From the NCBI GenBank assembly GCA_964016885.1, contig OZ024743.1, positions 164,238,001-164,302,000 of the forward strand: DNA of 64,000 nt. The letters run 5' to 3'. Numbering within the stretch: position 1 is the stretch's first letter; every line of letters starts with the position of its first letter. The notes below the pieces were generated by a model, which was not told where the DNA came from, ran no database searches, and worked only from the letters and a program-made list of their open reading frames with translations. This DNA comes from Eledone cirrhosa (taxonomy: Eukaryota). This document shows positions 1 to 13,519 of this stretch, one piece after another. The translations under genes were made by a program, and so were the position numbers.

Positions 1-26
1 GAGAATTTGCTTCGAAATCACCAGAC

Positions 27-112
27 GTATCTGAGGAACTTGCGAATCCAGAGTCAGGTTCGATCCACAAACAGATCGCACCTCGAGCTGTTCGCCAAAG
101 AAACAATTGTAA
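27..112 (+). ncRNA. Penelope-type type I hammerhead ribozyme with long stem II, interrupted by a Helitron
   Basis: GTAT-CTGAGGA...GAAACAATTGT-A (palindromic stem III ACAATTGT). The stem I partner ATAC re-forms when 113-1367 is removed. Confidence 0.6.
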
Positions 113-1367
113 TCTATATATATAAAACTGAGGATGTCTGTCTGTGTGTATGTGAGTTAGAATCCCTAAAACTCGAGAAGCTCCCAACCGACTGTTTTCA
201 AACTTTACACGTGTAATACTTATGTTTCATGGAGTGTTCTGAGCAAAAGAAATTTAAAATTTTCAATGACCTAGGGACCGCATTAGGTGATTTAGCGATC
301 TCTCTATAATTCTTAGTCTTTCTCTTTTTAGATAGATACATACATATAACGTCGCACCCTTATAATATCTGTCTGTATGTCTGCATTACATCACTTCCCA
401 CAATTCCGCCTGCCTCCGGTTATTCTTCCTTGCTCAAGACAAATCTCACACTCATTCCCCAAACAGTTGGTAAGTGCACACAACTTCTTCCTCACATTTT
501 AAGCAACAGTGTTGCTTATTTACGTACCACCAGACCCTTACTTCTTTGCCAGCCGTCCTTGTGGCAATACTAAGCTTAGCTAAGGCGGTTATATATTTCG
601 CACAACACTAAAAATGAAAACCGATAACTATGTATTAGTCAGTCTCTTCTTCATACCGTGAGCAAAGAAAATCCAACTTTTAGTGGAGCGAGTAAAATAA
701 AGACGATTCTGCTGTGATTCAAAAATCAGGTTTGCAGGTTATATATTTCACACAACACTAAAAATTAAAGCCGGTAAAGAAAAACATCGCTATAATAGCT
801 TCAGTTTTCACAGCGTTGCTTACTTACGTGCCTTTACGAGAACAAAAGTTACTCAGGGAGTCTTATGCACATAAAAAATTCAACTTTTTGATCACCTATT
901 AGGTGAAAAACTGCGTTTTTTCAGCTTTTTAGGGGTATTTTGAGGCGTTATGTCAGACCGATTTCCTTGAAATTGTAACTATGTATTAGTCAGTCTCTTC
1001 TTCATAACGTGAGCAAAAAATCCAACTTTTTTATGGCCTAGGGCCCGCATTAGGTGAAAACCTTCATTTTTTTCAGCTTTTTAGGGCTATTTTTAGGCAT
1101 TACGTCCAATCAATATTTCCGAAATTTCAAGGCATATTATGCACATAAAAAAAATTTATTTTCTTGATGCCCTAGGGCCCACACTAGGTGAAAACCTGCA
1201 TTTTTCCTGCTTCATCAAGGAAAATCTTAAGGATTATCCAGCCATCAGAGTATTTGGTTTATTTACTTTACATATTGTCGAGGCATGAAGTTTTTCCACG
1301 ATTAGGTCTGCCGGCAGCCCGCGTTCCAAAATACCTTATCCCGTGCAACGCCGGGTACCACTGCTAG
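113..1367 (+). mobile_element. Non-autonomous Helitron
   Basis: 5' TC (TCTATATATATAAAACTGA), subterminal hairpin CCCGTGCAACGCCGGG, 3' CTAG, inserted between A112 and T1368 with no TSD; internal degenerate repeats. Confidence 0.85.
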
Positions 1368-1488
1368 TACATAAATTGTGTTCCAATGCTTCACTGATTC
1401 TTCATTTTCCATTTTATCATACTCTGCTCCGAAGGAGCATAGAGTGCTCAACCGGTATACCGCCTATGCACACATCCTAGCAACCATA

Positions 1489-2440
1489 CATCATCATCAT
1501 CATCATCATCATCATCAATGTTTAACATCCGTGTTCCACGCTTGCATGGGTTTGGAAGGGGGTTTTCCCACTTGAGGCAAGAGTGATTGTCTTGCTCGCA
1601 TAGGACTGTCTGGCAGGTTTTCTACAGTTGGATACCCTTCCTAACACCAACCACATTTACGGTGTGGGTCTGGGAGGTTTTTACCGTGTTGCCTACGTGG
1701 CCACATTACAGCGTGGACTGTGTGTTTTTTTGTCGTGACACCTACACGATCTCATTTGTTTCGGCCTGGATGGTGTGGCACCAACATAACTTTACATAGA
1801 AGGGGGTGGTGTGGATGGGGTGGGAGGGTGGGACGGGGGTGTATTTTGTTAGAGATGCCTACTGACTGTAGTAGGTTTTACTATGTATTTAGGTAAGGCG
1901 GGTCTTCTCTATTACTGAGTACCGCCAAAGGTCTCGGTTCAGTGACATTGTCTTGGAGAGGTGTAAGTGTGTGAGGTCGGAGTTTATCAGCTCGTCCCAG
2001 GTTTTTCTAGGTCTGCCTATTCCGTGGCTACCGTCTATCTTTATTGCCCTGCACTTTGTTATACAGCTATCGACTTTCATGCGCATCACGTGTCCATACC
2101 AACGTAGCCTTCTCTCGAGTAAACAACATCTGATCCCTCTTATTCCTAATTTCTCCCTTAATTCGTTTATGCTTTGCCGTTCACGTATTACTATTACACA
2201 TCCAGCGGAGCATGCAAGCTTCGTTCCTCTCCAGTCTGCGTATATCCTCTGCACACAGTGCCCAGGTCTCACTGCCATGCAACATTGCTGTTCGTATGCA
2301 GGCATTATACAACCTGCCTTTCATTTTTAGGGAGAAGCCTTTAGCGGCTAATAGTGGTATAAGCTCTCTGAACTTTTTCCATCCAGTTCTGACTCTAGCT
2401 ACTGTACTTTCAGAGCACCCTCCCCCACTGCTGATTTTGA
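1489..2440 (-). mobile_element. 5'-truncated RTE LINE (3' ORF end, 3'UTR, (ATG)n tail)
   Basis: ORFs 1889..2305 and 2181..2465 give RRLRWYGHVMRM and GRPRKTW; (CAT)n tail near 1490-1517; close to the copy at 35727-37768. Confidence 0.9.
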
Positions 2441-3184
2441 CACACACGCATACAGATTCATACACACATGTGCAGCATTTACTGAATGTGTACCAGCTAA
2501 TCTTTAAAAGTTATAAAAGTCAATGACTAGGCCGTTTTTTTTTTTTGTTTTTTTTTTTTTGCAATCTGAGTCAAACAGAAATTAGCGAGACTAAGTATAA
2601 CAGAAATGGGCATAAATAATTTGTAGACCTTTATCATCAAAAATGTGTGGTCAACAATGGGCAGAAGAATATTTGAGTGGAATATTTGGCATGATTTATA
2701 TTTATATTGTTGGCAAGTAAACTGGTAACCCCACCAAGTTTACTTGGCGAGGAGGGTGATTTTGGACACCCTACAGAATGTGAAACAAAACCTGACAAAG
2801 GGTGCAGGAACTCATATGAGTCAAAAGTCATCCAATAGTGTGTACATATATATATATATATATTGTATGGGTGTGTATTGTATGTATATGTTAATTTAAG
2901 AGTGTTCAGAGCTGTAGTAGATTTCACTAGTTGGCTAGATGGTCTTTTGTGGCATTCCAGTGTCTGTTCAACATGCCATTTCATGAACTGATGAATCACA
3001 ATATATGCTTATTCAAGCTGAGCACCTAGCCTCTCTCAGTTTGAAGACTAACCTGCATGGTGAAAAGCCACATCCTACACAAGGTGCCTTAGATATGTAG
3101 AGTGGTGTGGGGGACCTATCTGGTAACAGATGGAGTGTTAGAACATGGTGGGTAGAGGAAAGTGGTGCATACTAGATGTATGTT

Positions 3185-4480
3185 TCAACCCGTGCACATA
3201 GGAAGGCTGGTCTTCTGTATTACTGCATATCGCCAGAGATCTCGATCCTGTGTCATCGCCTTTGAGGGGTGCAATTGTATGAGGTCAGCTTTTATCACCT
3301 TATCCCGAGTTTTCCTGGGTCTTCCTGCTCTGTAGCTCCCATCAAATTTGAGCGCTCTGCACCTTTTTATGCAGTTGTTATCCTCTATACACATCACATG
3401 TCCATATAACACATTCTCCTCTCCAGCACACTGCATCTGATCCATCTTATGCCCAGTTTCTCTCCCAGTTTGTTTATGCTTTGCCATTCATGTATATTAC
3501 TATTACACCTCCATCAAAGCATGCAAGCTTCATTTCTTTCCAATCTACGTAGGTCCTCTGCACACAGTGCCCTAGTTTCACTGCCAGGCAGCTTTGCTGT
3601 TTGTATACATACATCATACAATCTGCCTTACATTTTGAGAAAAAAGCCTTTTGTAGTTAGTGGCGGTAGTAGCTCCCTGAACTTTTTCCATCTCGCTCTC
3701 ACTCTGGCTACTGTACTTTCAGAACACCCACCTACATTGCTAATTTGATCACCCAGGTAACAGAAATTGTCACCTGTTTCTATGGAACTCTCTAAGAATT
3801 TGATAGAGCTTGTTTCCTGTGAGTGTTTGCTGCTTACTGCTCTTGTGCACTGCCCACATGTAAAAACCTATATTCTTTGCTAGCCCACCTGAGATCCTGC
3901 TATATCTCTTGTGTACCCATAGTTTGCATGTGGAACAGAGGATGGAATTCTACCCACCCCTTTCCTACATACTGAGAAGGGCTATTTCCCAGAAGGGATC
4001 AGGGTCTTGTTTTCCTTACTATTTACTAGAACTTTGGTCTTTACCAAATTGACTTTAAGACCTTTTGATTCCAAGTGGTGCTTCCAGGTCACGAGTTTTT
4101 TCTTTAGTTCTGTCATAGATTCAGCTATGAGAGTTAGATCATCATCATACAGGAGTACCCAAGGACATTCTGTTTTAAACTCTTCTGTTATAGCCTGGAG
4201 AATGATAATAAACAGTAGAGGGCTAAGGATGGAGCCCTGGTGGAATCCAACTTGCAGGCTAAACTCCTTACTATAGTTATTATTACTTTTAACCTTGCTG
4301 GCTGCGCCTCTATATATGGCTTGTACTGACCTCACAAGCCAGTTGTCTACCCTAGTTTCCTAAGTGCCCACCAAATTACAGAACAAGGGACCCTGTCCAA
4401 AGCTTTCTCCAAGTCAACAGATGCCAGATAGAGGTTTACTTTTTGCTAGGTACTTCTCATGCAGTTGCCTCAGCTGGTCG
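3185..4480 (-). mobile_element. Degenerate RTE LINE fragment (RT region)
   Basis: ORF 3982..4335 HQGSILSPLLF...LLYDDDL; frameshifted. Confidence 0.85.
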
Positions 4481-4507
4481 GACCTCTGCTGTCATTATCA
4501 CATCAGA

Positions 4508-4592
4508 GGTCTGATGAATTTTTTATTCCAGAGTCCGGCTAGATTGATATAGATCGAACCATGAGCTTATCAATAGTGAAGCGTGCGTCACT
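4508..4592 (+). ncRNA. Degenerate Penelope-type hammerhead
   Basis: GGT-CTGATGA...GAAG-CGTGC-GTC-ACT; GAAA is mutated to GAAG; stem II insert is similar to that at 48-89. Confidence 0.4.
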
Positions 4593-5360
4593 ACTCAATA
4601 AACACAATGAAGACTTAACAAATTGTCCTTTTATTATTATTATATATATATACACACACACACATACTAAATATGGTGAGTGGTAAAACTTTGGTCAATT
4701 GAGATTATCCTCACAATTGGAAGATAAAACCTCAAATCTAGAGAGAGCCTGTAAGGATGAGAACTACAATATTAGTTGATCCAAATGTTTGTGGACAATT
4801 TTTAGACAATACTACAGGGAGTGGAGCTTCTCTTAACTCTTACCTTAGCATATTTCTAATGAAAGTTATTGCCAATAATTAATAAGGAAAGTAGTTGAGA
4901 ATTTGGAGGGATTTAGTAATGTGCCCAACTTTCTCATTATTAAGCTGATGTTTCCAACATAACTTAAGGTCCTCACAAAATTATGATGGAAAGATTTTTG
5001 ATTAATATTAACACTTCAAAAGAACCAGAGGCAGTTTCAGGCAATTCATTATTAAAGGGTTTTAAATGGGTGATTTTTTTTTTCATAGTAACAGAGCCAG
5101 TTTTGGGCAGGTTAGGATCAAAACGGTTAATTCTTTATTTAACTTGATGAAATGAGGAAGATGGTATCAAAATCAGTCTGAGGGATTATGAATCCAGATC
5201 ATGTTTTTATAGTTTAAGTTTTAACCTGTTTCCCAAGCTTATCAGCTTATTGTATTAATCTCTACAGTCTCAAATAGATTTATCACATTGACAATGAGCT
5301 TAATGGTCTGAGCTACTGATTGAGTTTTATTGGGAGATCAAACTCTGCTCTGTCCACTGT

Positions 5361-5900
5361 AGTTACTTGAGCCAATGATGTTGTCTCTATGTGATTACTT
5401 GAGCCAATGATGGTGTTTCTATGTGGTTACTTGAGCCAATGATGCTGTCTTTACATGTTTGCTAGAGCCAATGATGTCTCTACAAGATTACTTGAGCCAA
5501 TGATGTATCTACATGGTTATGTGAGCCAATGAGGCTGTCTCTATGTGGTTGCTTGAGCCAATGATGGTGTTTCTATGTGGTTACTTGAGCCAATGACGTT
5601 GTCTCTACATGGTTGTTTGAGCCAATGATGCTGTCTTTACTTGGTTACTTTTGCCAATAATGCTATCTCTACATGGTTACTTGAGCCAACAATGAAGTCT
5701 ATATAGTTATTTGAACCAATGATGAAGTTTATATGGTTACTTGAGGCAGTGATGAAGTCTATATGGTTATTTGAGTCAGTGATGAAGTATATATAGTTAT
5801 TTGAGTCAGTGATGAAGTATATATAGTTATTTGAGCCAGTGATGAAGTCTATATGGCTATTTGAGCCAACGAAGTTGTCTGTATGGTTACTTGAGCCATT
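5361..5900. repeat. Minisatellite, 30-32 bp unit
   Basis: About 17 copies of GTTACTTGAGCCAATGATG(N)TCTCTATGTG-like units. Confidence 0.95.
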
Positions 5901-8900
5901 GATAAAGTTGCTATATTGTTGTTTCCATCATAAGAGTATCGCACAAAACCACACTGATAAAGGACCACAGTCAATTAATTACTGATAGTTTTATTGACCC
6001 AGGAAGGGATAAAAGGCAAAAGAAAAGGACAAAATACCATGAGGCCTTTTGTGTGGCTCTCTTCTAGTTTTCCCATTCCACTGCCTCAATAACAGGGATT
6101 CTAACATAGACACAACACGAAAAATTGGGTGTGGTGGGATACTCGTTCGGAGAGGCCCTAGAAAACTGAAAGGCAAAATTGAAATCAATGGGAATTGAAC
6201 TCTGTATGTAAAAAGAAGTAACTAAATAACACAAAACAATTGTCTTTACCAGTTCTGCCAATCTCTACTAATAGAAATTTCTAACAGGCACAAAGCCAGA
6301 AATTCTGGAGGAGAGATTAGTCAATTTAATTTGGCCCCAATAGTTGACTAATTTTAGCGTTTAATTAATTAATTTCATTACCTTATTTCTAATGAAAGAC
6401 ACTGTCAATGATTTTTAAATCATTTTGAAAATAATTAAGAATTTGGAGTATTAAGTAATGAAACTTTCTTATTAAGCTGTTGTTTGGAACATAACTTGAC
6501 AAAGGTTCATATATAGAATTATGATGGGCATTATTTTTTAGATAAATATAAATCCTTTAAAACAAAATGTTGTGTATTGTAGAACCAGGGGTGGTTTCAG
6601 GTGGGTTTTGTATGAAAAGGGTTAATTTAAAATGTTGGTTACTTTACAAAATCATTCCAAATTCTTATTTTTAAAATTACTGTATTTCCCGGCGTCGAAG
6701 ACACTACTTTTTTCCTAAAATAAGTCTCAAAAATCTACCAAGATTGTTTATTATTTTTTTCCAATTTTTGGTTGTCAAAATTAGGGTGCGTCATGTAGGT
6801 GTCACGTAATTGAAACACATAGACAGTAGATTTCATTAGAAATATGATGAAAGAGATAAACTACACAATAAGTGTTTTAAGGCCATTTTCCCTGCTATAG
6901 CAGAGAAAATGGCCTTGCAGGTCCCATGATAAGCTTCTCCAGTTTGCCCTATCAGCTGCATCTCCCTTCACCAACTTTTTAAGTCATCTACTTACTATTT
7001 CTTTCCACATTAATTTCCATTACTCTTCTCAGCTTCCCAGAGTCATCTAATCAACTATCGCACACACTCCAAATCTGGTGTAATGTGTTTGGAGGAGGAT
7101 GGTTGGTTACTGCATTGCAAACCTCTCACACCCCATGCCAACATGGAAAAACAAATGGAATATAAAGTTGATGATGATGGTGGTGGTGATACTAATAAGG
7201 AAAGAAAAACTATGTGTAATGGCAGTTTAAAATAAAAGAAAAGCAACTTATTGCTTCTTTAATTAAAAAGAAAAAGAAAAAAAAACTAAAAAGAACTGGT
7301 TTTGTGACATTGTGAAAGTCCAGTCAAATTGTTCAAATGACAATTAATTACTACATTCATTAATGAAGTTTTGCACTTTTTTCTTTTAGTTCCGTGAAGG
7401 TTGATCTAATTTACTTAATTAAGAAGAAGAAGAAAGAGTTACCTCTTTATTACACACATTTCATATCTTGTTTTAACACTTTTGAAACCAACCCACCCAG
7501 AACCAGCTCTGCTGCAATAAATTAAAAAAACACTCATTTTAAAGAATTCCTGTTTAAATTAAAATCTTCCAACATAATCTATAATATTTATTTCTAATTT
7601 AGGCACAAGGCCAGCAATTTGAGGGAGGGGAAGTTGATTAAATCAACCCCAATACTTGACGACTTTATTTTATCGACCCTAGGAAGACAAATTTGACTGA
7701 GTGTGATGTAAAGAGTGAAACAAATGCCGCAAAGCATTTTATCCAAAGCTTTAACATGCGAATTTCTGTACATGTATGCTCTTGGCTTTCTGGCTTCAGT
7801 AAATATAAATATTGTTTTTAAGTAAATATATTGCAGAATTAATTATGTTGTTCCTATCATTTTCACATCATGAAAGAAATTTTGGTTTTAAATTATAAGC
7901 CATTTTCTACAGTGTGCGCTCTTAGAATAAAGGATATGGAGTATTTGAGAGTTGATTAAGAAAAAAAACCCAACAAAAATTTTTATTTGAAAATCAGATG
8001 TTTGATGGGTTGTTTTGAATCCTGCCTCTGCTTCTCACATCTTTGCTTAATTATGTTGAAGATACATGTTGTTGTATTAAATTAAATGAACCACAAGATG
8101 AAATATGTTGGTGCAAGTTCATATGATTAGCATATCAAAAATGTAATTTCCTTTTGTCATACATTTCTATATATTGATAAACACATTGCACCTATGACAG
8201 CATGTATGCATATACACACAGCACACATGCACACAGACACTGCACCCATGTCGGCAATCATTAAGACTGGCAGAATCTAGCTATCAGCCCAGTAGGAGGT
8301 TATATGGTGGTTTGGGTTGAAAGGTAAAAGATTCAAGAACAGAGCTTTTCTTCTCAAACCAGACCTTCATTAGTTTCTTCAACTACCACTTTAAAATGGT
8401 TTGGATAGACACAGTGGTGCTGCTCTCTAGTATGTCTTATGAAAGGGCCTTAGAATAGTTAAACCATACCTTTGCAACGTAAAGAATTTTAATCCCACTG
8501 AGGTCAAATTTTCCTTTCTTTTTTCAAGGTCAATAAAATAAAATACTAGAGAAATACTGGGTTGATATAAATAACATCCCCTTCCCGCTAAAATTTGCTG
8601 ACATTGTGCCTAAATTAGAAACCATTTGTGTTATTGTTGTTATTGCAGTGAATTGGCAGAATCGTTAGAGCATCAGAAAAGTGCTTCCTGGCATTTACAC
8701 ACTTAATTCAAATGTAGCTGAGGTCAACTTTGCTTTCATTCTTTTGGGGTCAGAAGAATTGAGTACCAGTCAAGTACTGAGGTCAATATAATCCCCCCCC
8801 CACACACACACACACAAAATTGCTAGCCTTATAACCTAAATGAAAAAAGCACTATTATTATTATTATTTGACTATATATCACATCCAACTTTGTTGATGC

Positions 8901-9039
8901 TTTGGGTTGGTTATTTGAGGAATACCAGGCTACAACTAGTAACCTAAGGTAACTCCAGCTTCTACATATCATTCCTTGTTATTTCACTATTGCTGGTAGT
9001 ACAGAACCTTTCTCAATATTCAGACTGTTCCCAGTAGAT

Positions 9040-9570
9040 ATGTCTTCTAGAGTAGTTCAATCTCTGGTGCAAAGTCTGTTTTCAACAGGTAGTTTTCAAG
9101 GTTCTTTGTCCCCATGCCAACAGCACCAATCACCACTGGGACAATTACTCCAGCATTTCAAGATCTCATATTTTAAGTTGGTATAAGATCTTACTTTCTT
9201 CTCTTTTCATTCAATTCTGGTGTCAAAGAGACACACTACATCTATGAGGGTACAGTTACTTTCCTTCTCAATTACAAAAATATCTGATTTTGTCGTGTTC
9301 AATCTTCATCATGATCTTAATTGGGAAGTCCCATAAGAGGACTTATTGTTCTCAAACAATCTCATCACATGGAAATCCATACTTTTTACACAAGCTCCAG
9401 TGCAACACAGTATTTACCTTTTCATGTCTGCCTTCTTTATAATCATTCTGAACTAACTGCTTAAACTCTGAAATGATATGGGCAACTGTCTGTTTTCTCC
9501 CCACAAATTCTGCATTCAGCTTGAACATCTTTCTTGTCTATGTACTTCATTACCCACCTTCTTATGGTTA
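9040..9570 (-). mobile_element. R4/Dong-like non-LTR relic (CCHC knuckle and restriction-like endonuclease)
   Basis: Manual minus-strand translation gives CRICGE..ETVAHIISE...RHEKVNTVLHWSLCKKYGF and downstream IDVVCLFDTRIE; broken frames. Confidence 0.6.
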
Positions 9571-10580
9571 GATCTTGTCATTAGAATGTTGGATAGAATG
9601 CTTTGCAACATTCAGTTATGACTCACTAGGCTCTTGAGTTCAAATTACACCAAGCCAAACTTTGTTCTTCCAAGATTGATAAATATAAAGTACCAATCTA
9701 GTATTGGGGATCAATTCTCTCCCTCTCTCTCTCATGATGAATAAGGATTTCTTGCACAGGTACAAAGTTATAAATTTTATGAATAAATAGTTGATTATAT
9801 CAACCCCAATATTTAACTGCTACATTTTTTTGTGTCTCCGGGAAGACAAAAGACAAAGTTGACAGCAGCAGGATTTGAAGAGCTAGATGCCACATGGTAT
9901 TTTGCTTGAATTCTTATACATTTTGCTAATCCATCATCTGCATAATGATAATAATAATAATGGTTTCTGATTTACACACAAGGCCAGCAATTTTGACAAG
10001 GAGGGGAAGTCGATGAAATCAACCCAGTACGTTACTGGTACTTTATTTTATCAACTTTGTAAGGATGAAAGGCAAAACTAACCTCGGCAGGATTTGAACT
10101 CAGAACATAAAGGGCTGTAACTCTAAGCTGCAAAGCATGTTGTCTGATGCTCTACCAATATTGCCAATTCAAAACACATTACACTTGTATCGAGCAAAAA
10201 ACTTAATATAAAAACGTAAAAAAATAAGAATTTTGAGATTAACAATGAAACCTGTATAATTTTTTAATTAGCAAAAGACTAAATAGAAGTCAATATATAT
10301 AATGTGTGTGTCATCATTTTACATCTATATCCCATTATGATGAAAAACACAAATAAATAACAGATGAATAAAAAAACAAAAAGACGGAAATTACCAAAAT
10401 AAATTATGAGATTAAGGTTTATAGTAATGGTGATTGATGCATGTGCACATGCATACATATGGGCATGTAAGCACATGCACAAATGCACAGTCACTCAAAC
10501 AAAATAAAAACAAATTTTTTTTTTTTTTTTTTTTTTTAATCAGGTGCATGGCTGTGTGGTTAAGGAGTTTGAGTAGAAGG

Positions 10581-10886
10581 TATACTTGGGTCCCAAAATA
10601 TAGGCAGTGGGTTGGAAAATCGGTAATTTTTCATGGTTGTCTCCTCTGATTCTTTTTAAAAAACAGAATTAATCGTTTAGATTACATATTGAGACTCTAA
10701 GTCATGAGATTTCTTGTAATGTTCTTTTTTCGTGATGTTTAATGTATTTTAATGTCTAAAGAAACTTAATTGTCGCTAGAATACTACCACTTAAAATATA
10801 ATTTAATATGCAGGTTGGTTGGAATATGAGCTGGGTCTGAAAAATTAATAAGCAGCGGGGGGGATGATTATTCGAGACCCGAGAGT
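10581..10886. mobile_element. Tc1/mariner (pogo/Tigger-like) MITE remnant
   Basis: Right end TTATTCGAGACCCGAGAGT resembles the terminus at 51813 (TACTCTCAGATCTCGAATAATC); left end is degenerate. Confidence 0.45.
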
Positions 10887-11719
10887 GTGTGATTGTTGAT
10901 AACTAGTGAGAAGAGAATACACGTGTTGCATACAAATATAGACGGCTTTTGACTTTCCTCTATGAATTTGTAAAAATTCAAACTTCCATAGGTTATTTCG
11001 TTTCTACAGGTATTTATGTCCACACTTTGAAAATGTTCTGCATACATTATTATTCATTTATTTTTCCCAACGTATATTTCAGCTATTTTCGAAATAAACC
11101 ACGCTGTATATTCTCCCTCTCTTTCCAACTCTCTACATATTCAAACTCATCCCAATCAATCTATCATTTAGTCAGTGGATGTCTTTGAAATTCTCACACA
11201 TTCTCCTTGTCGAATATGCCTACTTGTATCTGCTTATTTCCCCCCGAATCTTCAGTGACGATATATGCCATGATGGCTAACTATCTCACAATTTTCCTCC
11301 CGCCCACTCGCATTCACCACTATAGACTCTTCAACCAATCAAACCAAAGCAACATATCCTCACACATTACCTGCACCAACAAATTCTACCATTACTAGTA
11401 CTGTCTTTTCTATCCCTGCCCTAAAGAAATTCTTGTTTATCGTTATCTATGGATGAGCTGAGGATGATGGAACATCCCCGAATAAATAAATGAATATGAA
11501 TCCACAAATTACCAAGCTTTAATTCACAGACAGAAAGCATACACACTCCCCCACAAAAATTCACCTCTCCCACCAGTGATGGCAAATCCCCAAAACTCTG
11601 AGTTGGTACCATCAACGTGAGCACAATGAAAGGAAGAGCAGGAGAAATCATAGAGATTTTAGAGTGAAAGGAAATTGATGTATGCTGTGTATGATGATGA
11701 TGATGATGTGTGCAAGAGA

Positions 11720-12270
11720 CTAGATGGAGAGAAGAGTCCGCTAGAGTACTCAAAGGCAAAAATCAGTGCTGCAATTTTTTCTAGGTGGGAAAAAACAACG
11801 GGTTGGGTGGTGTAGGTATACTATTAGCTGACAAATGGGTAGATAAGGTAATCTCAGTGAACAGGGTGAACGCAAGAATCATTAAACTCAGACTAGTCCA
11901 GAATAAAACAATTGCTACAATCTGGGTTGCCAGACGAACTTAATGATAGGTTTTACGAGTCTTTAATGCACACTACTGCCCTCACAAACAACAATGACTT
12001 CCTAATCATTGCAGGAGACTTTAACAGGCACATTGGGAAACACCATGACAGCTTCTATAGGGTCCATGGAGGCTACGGGTTTGGCACAAGAAACGAAGAA
12101 GGCTTCAGACTTCTAGAATTCTGTGACACTATGTCGATATGTAACACAAACTTCAAAAAAACCGACAACCACCTGAACACCTATAGATCAGAGGAACATT
12201 CTAGTCAGATATATTATATCCTTATCAGAGGATGAGATAGATGGACGGTTGTAAACACAAAAGCCTTCTC
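11720..12270 (+). mobile_element. RTE LINE fragment (APE endonuclease)
   Basis: ORF 11912..12235 (AGDFN, GTRNEEGFRLLEFC) is near-identical to part of 28062..29555. Confidence 0.9.
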
Positions 12271-12794
12271 TTCAACTATAGCCACTGGTTGATAAATTGC
12301 ACCCAGACCACTCTAGTGCTAGTTTTACGATAAAATGCACACAGTACATACTGTAAATGCAATAGGCATTAGGAAGAGCATCCAACTGTAGAAACCATGC
12401 TAGACTGAAACGTATGAACAAAATGTGGTCATCCCACCTGTCTAGTTTTAGTATGTGACAACTTGTCCAACCCATGTCAGCATCGAAAATGGACGTGAAA
12501 CGGTGATGATAATTATTATTGTTATTATATTTATGTGTATACATACACATATATGTATTTATATGAGTGTATATGTTTATGTCTGATAATTTTGTAGTTC
12601 AATAGAAAATGAGATTGAAAAAAGTACTAGGGTTGGTAAGACCAACTGAAATCACCTTTGTGACAGTGTGCCAGTATGGCCAATCTAATGGTTGAAACCA
12701 GTAAAAGAATGAAAGAATATATTATTGTTGCTTACTGAAAGATTGATTTTGTCTAATTTGTCTGTTGTGTTTTTTTTTTTTCTAATTTGTTTAG

Positions 12795-12942
12795 CATCAC
12801 ATGGGACATGGCTAGCAGTGTGTGAAGACTATGCCTATCAACTGGAATCAGATGGAGAATATCACAAAGCTGTGACATATCTTGTGGCCTGCCATAGGAT
12901 ATATGAAGCCATTGATCTGTTCAAACGTCACCGTTTGTTCAA
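12795..12942 (+). CDS. GEMIN5: GEMIN5 internal exon 1 of 7 in window (phase 1 to 2)
   Basis: TTAG acceptor, GTAAGT donor. SHGTWLAVCEDYAYQLESDGEYHKAVTYLVACHRIYEAIDLFKRHRLF resembles the TPR-like region of vertebrate GEMIN5 as I recall it ([22 protein letters not shown]). Confidence 0.9.
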
Positions 12943-13519
12943 GTAAGTTGCTGCACTGTTGTTCTTCTTTCTGTTGCGGTTATTGTTGTTGTTCCTGTTG
13001 AGGTTGTTATTGTTGTTGCTTCTGGTGAGATAATTGATTTGTTCTTCCTGTTGTTGTTATTGTTGTTGGGCTATTGGTCTTGTGATTGTTGTTGTGGTTG
13101 AGTAAATTAAACCTTGTGCTGATGGTTTGTTTAACATGGTGGTGGCAGTGGCAACTGTTGTTGTTTAGCGCTGATTGAGAAAGCCTGTGCTAAAAGGCCT
13201 TCCTGCTATAAACAATTGACACCAACCCACCTGAAATAGACATAAACAGTAACAGAAAAGTTTTAACATTTTTTTTAAATATCAATAAATTTAACACTTG
13301 TTTATCACTAAAGTCATGTGTTATCACAGATATAGTAACAGGCTTTCTGTTTAAATATGAATAGGCCATTTTGGGTGAAGCTGTATTATAAGGCCAAAAA
13401 ATTGGAGGGAGGTTTGGGTGGGTTTGTATCAAGAGGGTTGAGTTGGTGTTGAGAACAACTTACATAAAATGATGATTTAAGGTGTTTAGATAAATGTAAT
13501 TTCCGAGTATTTGTGTTTA

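Noticed and set aside
2986-3024. C/D box snoRNA (TGATGA...CTGA)
   Set aside because: Too short, no terminal stem, and part of a dispersed repeat also present near 58840.
5361-5900. CRISPR-like array (also 21780-22232 and 29796-31546)
   Set aside because: Head-to-tail repeats with no unique spacers, no cas genes, eukaryotic context.
1-12794. Upstream GEMIN5 exons
   Set aside because: None recognised by eye; a short exon could have been missed.
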